Below, piece after piece: positions 14,242 to 30,317 of a stretch of DNA of 64,000 bases. The notes beneath the pieces were generated by a model, which saw only the letters and a program-made list of their open reading frames with translations, ran no database searches and was not told the origin of the DNA. Numbering within the stretch: the stretch's first letter is position 1; every line of letters begins with the position of its first letter. The stretch lies in NCBI RefSeq assembly GCF_009914755.1, contig NC_060925.1, one strand, 5' to 3'. The DNA comes from the human T2T-CHM13v2.0 reference genome, Homo sapiens. A program made the position numbers and the translations under genes.

Positions 14242-14930
14242 TGCTATGGTTTGAATGTGTCCCCCAAATTTCCTGCATTAGAAACAATCCCCAAATTCAT
14301 ATGTTGATGGCATTTGGAAGGGAGGAAGGGGTTTTGGGAGGTAATTAGGATTAGATAAGGTCATCAGAGTGGGCCCCCCCATGGTTGGGACTCGTGGCCC
14401 ATAAGAAGTGGAAGAGAGACCTGAACTGCCATGCTCTTGCCCTCTCACCATGTGATGCCCTCTGCCATGTTATAACGTAGCAAGAAGGTCCTCATCGGAT
14501 GCAGCTCCTCAGCCTTGGACTTCTCTAACTATAAGATATAAAATTTTTTTCTTTTTCTTTCTTTCCTTTTTTTTTTTTCTTTGAGACAGAGTCTGGTTCT
14601 GTCACCCAGGCTGGAGTGTGTGCAGTGCTGCAATCTCAGCTCACTGCAACTCTGCCTCCTGGGCTCAAACCATCCTCCCAACTCAGCCTTCTGAGTACCT
14701 GGGACTACAGGCATGCACCATCACACCTGGCTAATTTTTAAATTTTTGGTAGAGATGGGGTTTCACCATGTTGCCCAGGTTGGTCTCAAATTCCTGAGCT
14801 CAAGCAATCCACCCATCTTGGCCTCCCAAATTTCTGGGATTACAGGTGTGAGCCACCATGCCCAGCACATTTCTTTTTATAATTACCCAATCTGTGGTAT
14901 TCTGTTACAGCAACAGAAAATGAACCAAGA
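14242..14930 (+). mobile_element. MaLR (MST-type) solo LTR interrupted by an AluJ (-, ~14543-14866)
   Basis: Starts tgctatggtttgaatgtgtccccc; ends aattacccaatctgtggtattctgttacagcaacagaaaatgaaccaagac, typical MST termini. Confidence 0.8.
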
Positions 14931-15065
14931 CGTATGTTCTCTTTGGTATCTGCTGCTTTTATTCAACATTAGGTTTATAAAATTCATCAACATTGATGTG
15001 CATAGCAATAGTTCATTCACTCTCATTGCCTTATGGGACCCCGCTGTATGAGCCATCTATCTATT

Positions 15066-15583
15066 GTATCTATGGCTGTGGAACAAACTACCCCAAAACC
15101 TAGTGACTTAAAACAATAACATTTATCTTGCATAGTTTCTATGCATTAGGAATTTCAAGAGCAGCCTAGCTGGGCAGTTCTGGCTCAGGGCCTCTCATGT
15201 GGTTGCAGCTGAGATGTCCTTCAGGGCTGCAGACATCTGACTGGGGCTTGACCGTTGCTCGAGGGTCTCCATCTCCAACTTCATCACTCACATGGCGGTT
15301 GGCAGGAGGCCTTCCTTCCTCTCTGCAGGGGACTCTCCACAGTGTGGCTTGAGTTTTTTCATGATTTGACATGACACTGGCTTTCCCCAGAGTGAATGAT
15401 CAAGAGACCAAGGCAGAAGCTGCAACATCTTTCGTGAGCTCTCATTGGAAGTCATTCATGGTTGCTTCCATCATATCCTGTTGGTCGCCATGTCAGCCCT
15501 ATTCAGTGTGAGAGGGGACTTCACAAGGATGTGATTACCAGGAGGCAAGGATTTTGGGGGGCCTTTAGAGGCTGGTGACCACC
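15066..15583 (-). mobile_element. MLT1-type MaLR LTR
   Basis: tatctatggctgtggaacaaactaccccaaaacctagtgacttaaaacaataacatttat is a typical MLT1 end in reverse. Confidence 0.7.
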
Positions 15584-16087
15584 ATCTATTGTAAAAGATC
15601 ATGTTTTATAGCATCTCCCCTCACAGTGTTGCATTGTAAATTTTTTGCAAATTTAATGAGTTGATTTTGTAGTAGATGAGTAAATTTTGTAGTTAATACT
15701 GATACGAACATACTTGTGCACACAGCTTCTTGTTTCTGAAGTAGTTCTTAGAAATCTGTCCCTGGGAATGGAACTCGTGAGTCAAAAGATCTCAACCCAT
15801 TTGTGGCTATTTCTTCGGATTGTACCAATTTTCAGTGCTACTAGCAAGCCAATGGTAGACCAAGTCCACTTCAGCTCCATCTACATTAGACCTTAATGCC
15901 GCCAGACAGAGCAGGGTGCCAGAACATGAAAATGACGCTCTGTCATCAAAATAATGGCAAATAATAAGCACCAGGCACTGTTCTGGGCTTCAATACCATG
16001 CTGCCTGGAGGAGACCTTCCATAGTGAAGACTGGAGGCTCTTTTCTGGGAGGCCCTGGATAACAGGTCCTCTGCTGGATGGTTTTAA

Positions 16088-16583
<496 letters not shown>

Positions 16584-17689
16584 TAAACAGAGATCACAGC
16601 ACCAACCTCCCAGGGTAGCTGGGAGGATTGAAGAGGCCGCGATGCCGCCTTCCCGGCACCACAGTTCCTGCAGTGCAGGCGCCCAGCAAATGCTGGTTTT
16701 CCACCTCTCTGCCTCTCCCATTTCCCCTTCTTGGTTCGCACATTTGACACTTACTGGCTGAAATACTTCCTGTGATATGTCCTTGGTTTCTCCTGAAGAA
16801 AAAAAAGTCCAATCTGTTTTTTTTTTTTCTAATTATAATAGCGATGCACGTTCACCGCTGAAAAATTTGGAAAGTACAAAGAAGGAAATAAAAATCACCC
16901 GCAATTTCACACCCCAGATCTGTGACTGTGAACATTTGGGTGTGTCTCCTCCTGGGTGTCGGACCACTTCTTATTCTCAGAATTCTATGGGGTGGCTCCG
17001 GGGCAGTGTGACACCTCTGTCCAGGCCCCAGCGAGGGGTAGAGTGAGTGCTGGACAGGGGTCCCCAAACGGGCCACTTTTGCTGCATGTGTGGAGACAGA
17101 TAGGACTTCAAGACTCAGTCCTCGCCACCTGCAGAAGGTAAGACCAGGAGCCTTGAGGGGGACAGTTCTGCCCTGCATTTGCCCCCTTTCCCCGGCAAGT
17201 CCCTGGCCTTAGGGAGTGGCCATCCCAAACTCATCCGGACTTTGGCCATTTCTTGTTTCTGGGCTTCAGTGTCCTTATCTGTTAAGTGAGCAGCTGGGCC
17301 CCTTGACTTCCAGGTCTAACACTGTGTGTCATGAGAGGCGTCCGTGGAAGAGAAGGTGCTTTGCTGCTGGTGGGACCTCATGCATGTGTAGGTGTTTATT
17401 TCTCTGGGGTCCTCTCCTTCTGCTAAGAAGAGAAGAGGACAAACCTCACGCCAGCCTTCAATTGCCTTCGCCCCTGAACTGTGTCTTGTCAGCCTCCTCA
17501 GCTGCTCTTTGAGTACTTGAGTGAGGCAAGGACCTGCTGGGGGAGCTGTTGTGAGGATCCAATGAAACAAGGCCTCTGAGGCAACAGAATAGAGTTGTAA
17601 TGGCACTATCAGTAGAGAGGGACTGTCCAGGTTTAAATCCCTGGCTGTGTGACCTTGAGCAAGTTACTCAACTACTCTGTGCCTCAGTT

Positions 17690-18035
17690 TTTTCTTTTTT
17701 TTTTTTTCCTTTCCTTTCCTTTTATTTTTTCTTTCTTTCTTTCTTTTTTTTTTTTTTTTTTTTTTTGAGACAAGGTCTTGCTCTATTGCCCAGGCTGGAG
17801 TACAGTGGCCCCATCATGGCTCACAGCAGCCTTGACCTCCTGGGCTCAATCGATCCTCCCACCTCAGCCTCCCAAGTAGCTGGGACTACAGGTGAGTGCT
17901 ACCACAACTGGCTAATTTTCAAATATTTTGTAGATACGGGATCTCAATATGTTGTCCAAGTTGGTCTCCAACTCCTGGTCTCAAATGATCCTCCCAAAGC
18001 AATGGGATTACAGGAGTGAGCCAGCATGCCCGGCC
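17690..18035 (-). mobile_element. AluJ inserted into a MIR (~17600-18170)
   Basis: T-rich tail plus Alu body; MIR sequence on both sides. Confidence 0.88.
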
Positions 18036-18404
18036 ATCCCTTATCTTTAACCTGGGAAAGATGATCATAACATCAAATAAATTGTGTGCAGATTCAATGA
18101 GTTAATATGTGTGAAGCCCTTAGAACAGTGCTTGGCACATAGTAGGTGCTATGTGAGTACTAGATATCATTACAGTGCCTGAAATGTAATAAGTGCTCTG
18201 AGATGTGTGCTATTAGAATTGTAAAGAGATTCCAAAAATGGAGGCATGTTTGACATGAAAAGTGAAAGTTTCTCCTGCCCCACTTAATCTCACTCTCCAG
18301 AAGAAACCACTGTGAACAGTTCCTTCCCTAGGCCACCTTCCAGATCATTCTTTAGAAATACATCATGATTATGCATATAGTGTTTTCTTTTTACTTTTCT
18401 TTAG

Positions 18405-18593
<189 letters not shown>

Positions 18594-19271
18594 TAAACCA
18601 TCACATCATACAGAGTGTTTGCAAGTTGCTATTTTCTTCACAGTATCACGGACATACCTGCATGTCGGGATGTACTAACACATAGCTGTGAAATTTTGCC
18701 ACCAATTTCCTATTGATGGACAGACAGTTGGACTTGTCTACTTTTTCTCCTTTTTTTAATTATACAAAATAAGCAAGGAACATCTTTCTGTAGAGCTTCA
18801 CACTCCAAAAGGAGTATCCCTGAGGTTGAGGAGATGAGGGGGACATGAGCAGGACAACGTCACCTGCTCCAGGAGGCACAATCAGAGGCGGTGAATGGCC
18901 CACCCTTCTGAGTGGCTCTAATGTGTCACCCTGCGAGGACCCCTGCCCCCACACCCAAAGGAGACAGGGGTGTGCCCAGGGGCATTCCTCTTGGAGGTAA
19001 AGACAGAAGTGCAGGGTCGGGAGGGAACAAGAGAACTGAGGTGACCCTGGAGGCTATTTCTCACCTGAAATTATGTAGACATTTTCATTATGAAAATTTT
19101 CAAACATACAGAAAAGGTGCAGGAGTCATCTAACAAATCTCCATACAAGTATCCACGCAGCCACCAACCAGATGTAATAGCTGCTGACACTTGCTGTATT
19201 TGTTTTATCTGTCTATTCCAAAACATTTCAAAGTAAGCTGTAAACATTTTGACATTTCACTAATTCAACAT

Positions 19272-20462
<1,191 letters not shown>

Positions 20463-23093
20463 TAGGCCTGGGCCTGTAAACCCCATCAGGGACAGTGGCG
20501 ATGTTGGGCAGAGACATAAAGAATCTGCAGCCTTCGAGGACCAGGTGGAGGCATGGGGCGGGGTTGGGCAGTTTCCTGTCGGGGAGGTACTGAGAGCCAG
20601 ATGCTGGCCACCACCTTCTCAGGGTGGCTGAGCTGGGGCTCGAGACAGAACTTGGCAAACACTGACCGTGGTTCTGGGACTGGCGGAGGCTGGGGCAAGC
20701 CCAGCCCGGGCTTCACAGCAGCCGTCACTGCTTGCGAGGTGCTCCTGGGCAGATGAGAAAACGTGCTCCTTGCAGAACTCCTCTTATGCCAACATACATG
20801 GCTCAGCAGTGGAGTCACATTGGATTTTGGCCCCAATTCCGGTGCTAGCACTTTGTGCAGTGCACAAGCTATACACCCATATGTGGCAACCCTGACCGGC
20901 AGGGGTGACTTGGCTAGCAAGGCGGAGCAGACAGACTCCAGCCTGAAAGCAGGCAAGGTGGTCGTTCACAGCGGACTCTCTCTGTCCCCACTGCAACAGC
21001 ACGATAAGAGCTGCCATTTATTAGGCATTTAGTCTGTGTGAAGCCCTGGGTTGAGTTAGCTCATGTTTTCTTCGCGACCGAGTAGGTGCCAGTGTTATCT
21101 TTACTTTAGGGACGAGCGCACAGGCTCTGAGAGGTTCAGTCATTTGCTCAAGGCTGTACACATCATAAGGCTTCATCCTGGGTCTGTTGGCTCTTGGGGC
21201 TGTGTCAGAAGAAGGGTGTCTCACATGGCTATTGTTAGGGGGCGTCCCGGAGTCCTGTTCGGGCCCAGGGCATTGAGGATTCTGTTTGTTAGGTCTGCGG
21301 TGGGATCTCAGCAGCCAGATATGCCCCATACCCTGTTCAGAACCACTGGGCGTCCAGAGCACGTGGAAATTCAGGCACACGGAAACCCAGCCCTCTCTAG
21401 GACACTGTAGGTGACACTGCTGACCTTTAGGTCCCCAAGAGCAGAAATCATGACACCTGGAAGTGCAAAAGGAGATCAGGAAGGTGCCAGAACTTCTGTG
21501 GTATCGCTCCCCCTCCCATACGCAGAGTATGGTCGGCGGGGAAGGACGTGAGGTTGGCATGACCCACATGGGCACCCAGCCATCCTGGCTATCCCGGCCA
21601 GACAAGCGACCTTGCATAGGCTAGAGAATATGACTTGTCCTGGACTCCTCCAGAAAATGGTGGGGGGATGCTGCTGGCTCCTCCTACCCTGGCCGCGGCC
21701 ATCAGTTTGGTCCTGGGAAGGCTGGTGGCAGCTTCAAAGCTGGTGGCCAACATCTGGGGCTCTTGAAGCCTGCAGCTCACATTCCTTAAAGGAGAAGGTG
21801 GGAGTGGACCGGGGGCAGATTCTGGGGCTACCAGGCCCGTCACTCTCCCCACAGGCCCCTCCTTCAGACAACAGAGAGTTTACCGCATCCCTGTCCTAGA
21901 CGGTGGCCGCAGGCTCTCAGACGGGCACTCCCTTCTGGCAGAAGCTGCTGTTAGCTTTGCCACACTCCCCACAGAGGCACCGCAGTTTGGAGAGGTGCTT
22001 AGGAGGGGCGAGCTACGGCCTTGAATCGTTTCAAGGCTGCACTCGCCAGTCTTCTTTGCTGTATTATTCTCCAGAACGAGCTCCTCCCTGTGGCCTGCAT
22101 GAAAACTCGGTGGCTGTTTCTCCACTGTCAGAAAAGTTGACGTTTTTGTACACCTGGACCTAGAAGAAATCAGGCTGGGCTTAAAGAAGTTCAGGCAGCA
22201 GACCAAAAGACACTTAAACTGTGACTCCTTTTGGTTTGTTTGTTTTGCAGGGAGAGGCAATTAGTGGAAATTCTTGGCCGCTTCTGAGCTGCTGATGGCA
22301 GTGTCTTGAGGGAGAGGCGCTGGGAGGAGAGGCAGCCGCGGGGAGGGGCCGTGTGGGTAGGGACAGTCAGTAGCATTCGAATGAGCCTTAAATCTATGGG
22401 AGATGGGACCCCCCAGTGTCTCAGAGACTGCGAGAAATTGAGCCCTGGAGTAGTCAGTGGTGTGCTGAGGGCTGACAGCTGTGGGCAAAGCTTCCCTGAA
22501 TGACTGAGTGGACACCAGACATCTTTCTGGGCCAACTCTGTCTCCTCCTGGCTCCCAAACCCGCATTTCCCTTCCCCAGGCTCAGTGGTAGGTGTGCTTA
22601 CCCCATCCTCGTGGGGCCCAGGGGGTCCACATCCAGTTTTCCTTCCTGACTGCCAGTATCGGTGACCTGTAGTGACTTCAGGCCCCAAGCCAGGGGCACA
22701 GGCTGCCCACCAGCTCCTGCCTCACCCTACAGTGGACCCACTTCCAGTCCCTCGAGGTGGGCCTGGGTGTCTGATGAGCTGGCTGACCTGGACACTGTTC
22801 CCTGGGCTCTCCCTCCCTGGCCACCCTCCTCCTGCATCTTCTGTCCATCTTTTCTTCTCTCCACCCTTCCCACAGGCCCTCCCAAGGTCCCTACCTAGGA
22901 TGAGCACAGTGATGCTGAAAAGAAAACCTTCCATTCCTGGAGGCGCTGAACCAGGCCCTGCACTAGGAGCTTGGCGCGCGGCCGGACCCAGGCGCCCAAT
23001 GTCACCCCGTGTGCCAGAAACTGCCTCCTGCTGCCACCCAAGGGGCAGGGGCTGGCAATTGTGGAAAACACAGGAGTCACAGTCCACCTTTCG

Positions 23094-23215
23094 GAGGTTG
23101 GCCAAGATGTCTCCAGAGGAAAAGACATTAAAGAGGTTGGCCAAGATTCCTCCAGAGGAAAAGACATTAAAGAGGTTGGCCAAGATTCCTCCAGAGGAGA
23201 AGACATTAAAGAGGT
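23094..23215. repeat. 39-bp tandem repeat, ~3.1 copies
   Basis: Units start at 23094, 23133 and 23172; consensus GAGGTTGGCCAAGATTCCTCCAGAGGAAAAGACATTAAA. Confidence 0.95.
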
Positions 23216-23268
23216 GTGTGTGTGTGTAAATGAGTGCGTGTGCGTGTGCATGTGAGTGTGTATGTGTG
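23214..23268. repeat. (TG)n-like microsatellite
   Basis: Read directly; imperfect. Confidence 0.85.
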
Positions 23269-23310
23269 AGACCACACTTGTACCAGGCCTAACTTCTAGG
23301 CCCCATGTGA

Positions 23311-23804
<494 letters not shown>

Positions 23805-23873
23805 CAGCTGGGGTTTTTAACCTCGTAGGTTATGTGTTCTCTTCCCCACCTCTGTTCTCCTCAGAACAGCTCC

Positions 23874-23996
23874 GTGTGTGTGCATATGTTTGAGCGTGCG
23901 TGTGCATGCATGTGTGTATACATGTGTGCATGTGTGTGTATGCGTGTCTGCATGTGTGTGCGTGTGTGCATGTGCGTGCATGTGTGTGTATGTGTG
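23874..23996. repeat. Imperfect (TG/CA/CG) alternating purine-pyrimidine tract
   Basis: Read directly. Confidence 0.85.
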
Positions 23997-24581
23997 AGCA
24001 AGCACACATGAGTTTTCATCCATGTTGATCCGATTTCCCTGTTTCCCCTGACTCCCACCCCTAGACTTTCTGGAGTCGTCCTCGTTAGCAGCCCTCATGA
24101 TTCATTGTGGGAGGGGGATTTAAAGCTGCTCATAAAACACCACTTCACTTTCTGTTTTCTTTTCTCCCCTTTCTTTCTCGGCCCCTTGGCTCTATAGCCT
24201 GGCTTTTTCCCCTGTGCTTGGCCAGATATGTAAAATAAACACATCCACTGTGCAGGAGGAAATGACCTTTGGGTTTTGGGGGCTCTCTTAATGAGGCCTC
24301 AGCACTGCTGACAGTTCCACGCTTCCCTTTTTTACCCTTTGACGTTCTGAGACTTTGCCCAGGAGCTGGCGTCTCAGATTTCAGGTGTCCTGGGCCGCCC
24401 AGTAAAGCCGTTCAGCAAGGCCAGGGCACAGCCCACACCCAGTTTCTCACCTGGCTTTACCCTGAGTGTACCTCTGTCTAGGGATCCCACTGGTTTTGTT
24501 TTTTTTATTTCTTTTTAGTAACAAAAGAAATCATGTTTGTTTGTCTCTAAAACTATAAGCAGCATAGAAATGAAGATCCCA

Positions 24582-25154
<573 letters not shown>

Positions 25155-25355
25155 TCAGCCATCCAGAGTGGGAAGATCTGGATTTGGGATGTAGCCGCTT
25201 CCTCCCTGTGTGACCTTTGGCAGATGTCATTTACTTTTTGGAACTTCAGTTTTTCCATCCGCAAAAAGGGGATGCTGCCTGCCCAGTTCATGTCACAGAC
25301 CTGTGAAGGTCAAAACAGAAGGCAGGAGGGAGCATATTCCATAAAAGGTACAGCA

Positions 25356-25925
<570 letters not shown>

Positions 25926-26259
25926 AAGATAAAGCATAGGGACGTCTCTGAGACAAAGAGCTGAGTGGAAGAATCAAGTTAGGACTCAGCAGCGCAGGAT
26001 GGCGAGGCTTATAATTTTAATCCCCTCCTCTATTTCTTTCGATGAGGCAAAAAACAGTCTTGGAAATTACTCACCAAACCAGCAGTGGGTGCCAGGAGCT
26101 CATTCACTTTGTGTGTCATTATAATTTTTTGTAACTAGAATGGATGGAGCAACCACTTTGGTAGTGAAAATATTTTAATATCCGCATGTGCATAAAGTGA
26201 CATGAATAACAGTTCCCGTTTACTGGGCTCTGATGCTGTAGCAGGCTGTGGGGATGGCT

Positions 26260-26920
26260 ACTGTGCTCATTTTACAGACAAGGAAACTGAAACCCAGGCA
26301 GGCGAAGTGGCTTGCCCAGGCTCACACAGCCAGAACGGGATGAAGCAGATTCTGACCTCCAAGCAAGACTGACTCCAGTGGGGAATTATGGGCTCCCAAA
26401 TGACACTGATCACAGCAACAACGGGCAGGACAGGACAGGTGACTCAGAGCAGACTCCTCACGCAAGGGGAGATGTTGCCCAGTGCCGAGGGCACCGGGGC
26501 AGGGTTCATGCCTTCCCCTGGGAGAGCAAGAGGTTCAGAGTCAGAAAGACTGGGGCTTGTGGTCCCAGCTCTGCCACTTTCTGGTTGTGTAACTTCTGCC
26601 AAATCCCTTCACCCCTCCGAGCCTCAATGTGCTCATATGCAAAAGGGGCGAGTAACCACCTACCTTGCAGGCTTGTGTGGACTGAGTGTGTTACGGCCAT
26701 GAAAACACCATGTGCTCTATAAGGTGCGCTTTATTCATTCCTGAAGTGAGCATTTATCATGCACCCACGTTCATGCCAAGCCCTTCTCTGGGATCTGGGG
26801 AGACAGCAGCAAACACAGCAGATGAGGTCCTGGTCCCTGGAGTTACTTTCAAGTGGTTGGAGCCAGATAATCAACCGAGAAAGCCTGACACAGTTCAGAC
26901 GGCGTTGAGTGCCGTGGAGA
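26260..26920. mobile_element. MIR and L2 fragments
   Basis: cattttacagacaaggaaactga (MIR); ttcattcctgaagtgagcatttatcatgcaccc (L2 3' end). Confidence 0.65.
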
Positions 26921-28558
26921 ACCCACGCCGGACAGCGTGACGGAGCGGCCTCGGGGCTGGGCTACTGAGCAAGGGAGGGGCCTCTCTGACTTTGTGATGT
27001 CTGCACAGAGGCTGAGCGGTGTGGTGCAGGTCAGTGATGGAAAGCTGTTTATGGGAAGTGTCAAGGGATAGCCCCAAGGAAGGGAGGAGCTACAGCGGGT
27101 GAGGAACAGAAGGCTAGGGCAGGGAGAATGGGCAAGGGGCCCACCGGGCAGTGCCTGTGCACTAGAGGTGGTCTCTAGAGGTGGGAATGTCTTTGTGGAC
27201 ACGTGTCCTTTGCTTAGGACAGCGGAGAGAGGCTTCCAGGTCTGGGTGGGTGAGAAAGAGGGAGGAGCTGTCAGGCAGAACCATGGAGGTAGGTGGTAGG
27301 AGGTAGGAGGTAGGTGGGAGGGTGAGGCACCTGCTCTGAGCCCCTTCTCCCTGGGCAGGAATGGGGCATGTGGGCAGAGCAGAGGGAAGCAGCGGTGCAG
27401 GAATGGCCCTGACCTGCACAGATGTGGGAGGAGGTCCGCACGCCCAGAGAGGGGCTGAGATCATACCACCAGGGACCTGGTGTTGGTTCCACAAGAGGCT
27501 CAGGGACACACTTCCAGAATTTTGAGAGCACCCCTAGCAGAGGCAGGGACTTGGACTGGTTGACCTGGCTTTCCCACACCCTCAAAACCTCAAAATGTCC
27601 AATGTCCATCCACTGATCATGATGGGTCTTTCTAGAATGTCATTTTCTCCCCAGTGCAGTTGGTGAGAGGCATTCTCACCTCCTCCCTGGAGAGTGGGGT
27701 TCCTCCTTACCATTGCCTGGTGGTTGAGCTCTAGTCCTTCTGTCTGGCTGGCCGTGTAGCCTTGGGCAAGCCGCTCCATCTCTCTGTGCCTCTGTTGCCT
27801 GGGCTGTAAACAGAAGTGAGCTAAAGGCAGGCAGACCGAGGTCTGTGACCACGTAATAACTCATACTCAGTTCCAGAAATATTCACCCACAGAGGTGTCT
27901 GGGACAAGCCTGGAAGGCTGATCACACCAGCCCTCCGGGTGCTGCTCGTGGCTGAGAGAACAGAAGGGAGCCCTGTCCACCATGGGAAGCTGCTGTTTCC
28001 ATCACCAGCCTGGGCTGTGGTGCAGAAAGAAGGAAGGGGAGTCTGGGTGGGGCGAGGGAGGCAGCAAAGGGCCTGGACCTTCGTGGGAGCACGGACACAC
28101 AGGACAGCCATTGTCGAGCTTGGACTGACCCTACTTGGTGACGTTAAGTTCTCAAGCTCCAAGAAACAGCATCTGAGTTCTTGAGCTCAATCTTCCCACC
28201 AAAGAAAATCATACACAAGTCCCGGCGCAGGGGCTTCACAGCTCAAAGCATGGTCTGTGTCCACATTTCCTGTGGTGGGTCAGGCCCCACTGCAGTCCTG
28301 AGCCAGCTCTGCATTCCCACCAGAGCCCCAGGAGATCAGATGCGGGGTGAACTCTGAGAAGCGCTGCTCTAGGGCACAGGTAGGCTCATTGCAGCCTTGT
28401 CCCCAGCGGGAAAACGCGGTGGACCTGCAGCAGTCAGAGGCAAGGCACACTGCAAGCTCCAGGAACAGGCAGGACCCGAGAAACGTAGGTGGGTGGAAGC
28501 AGGAAGAAGGAGAACCCAGCGCAAAACTGATGATGCATATTAAAAACATGCACATGGC

Positions 28559-28912
<354 letters not shown>

Positions 28913-29117
28913 TCAATGTGAACTCTCCTGAACGTGGTTATTGTTCCTGGTTATGTAAGAGCAGCTCCTTGTTCTCAGGAGGCCCACGGGGAATGGTCCT
29001 GACATGTGTAGGTACTTCTATATGGCTCAGCAAACAAAATTTATGCAGATACTCAGAGAGAACCCCTGGAGCAAAATGTTGACAATCTGTGAGCCTAGGT
29101 AAAGGGGATATGGGAGG

Positions 29118-29550
29118 TTTGTTGTTGTTGTTTTTTGTTTTTTGAGACGGAGTCTCGATCTGTCACTGAGGCTGGAGTGCAGTGGTACAATCTCTGCTCG
29201 CTGCAACCTCTGCCTCTCAGGTTCAAGTAATTCTCGTGCCTCAACCTCCTGAGCATCTGGGACTACAGGTGCACGCCACTACACCTGGCTAATTTTTGTA
29301 TTTTTAGTAGAGACGGGGTTTTGCTGTGTTGGCTAGGTTGGTCTTAAACTCCTGACCTCAAGTGATCCTCCTGCTTCGGCCTCCCAAAGTGCTGGGATTA
29401 CAGGTGTGAGCCACTGTGCCTGGCTAATTTTTATATTTTTAGTAGAGATGGGGTTTTGCCATGTTGGCCAGAACTCCTGGCCTCAAGTGATCTGCCTGCC
29501 TCGGCCTCCCAAAATGCTGGGATTACAGGCATGAGCCACTGCACCCAGCC
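29118..29550 (-). mobile_element. Three-armed Alu (extra left monomer)
   Basis: A full Alu continues into a second left arm; one flanking repeat pair GGATATGGGAG at 29106-29116 and 29551-29561. Confidence 0.85.
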
Positions 29551-29768
29551 GGATATGGGAGTTTATTGCACTGTCCACAGAGTGAAGGTGTGGCTCCTGG
29601 ACTTCCTCCCTCGTCCAGAGGAGAGTCAGGCTGAACCAGCCGGGTCCCAGGAGACCAAAGGAGACCCCCCCCCACCCGCCGCCACTAACAAACCACAGAG
29701 ATTTTTACTGAAAATAAGTTTTCTTCCTCTCTTCTTGTAATTACAAAGATAAACCAAGTTTATTGTAA

Positions 29769-30317
<549 letters not shown>

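Noticed and set aside
18257-18269. IRF/PRDM1-like motif GAAAAGTGAAAGT
   Set aside because: Isolated, and appears to lie in an old L1 3'-end-like sequence where this string is common.
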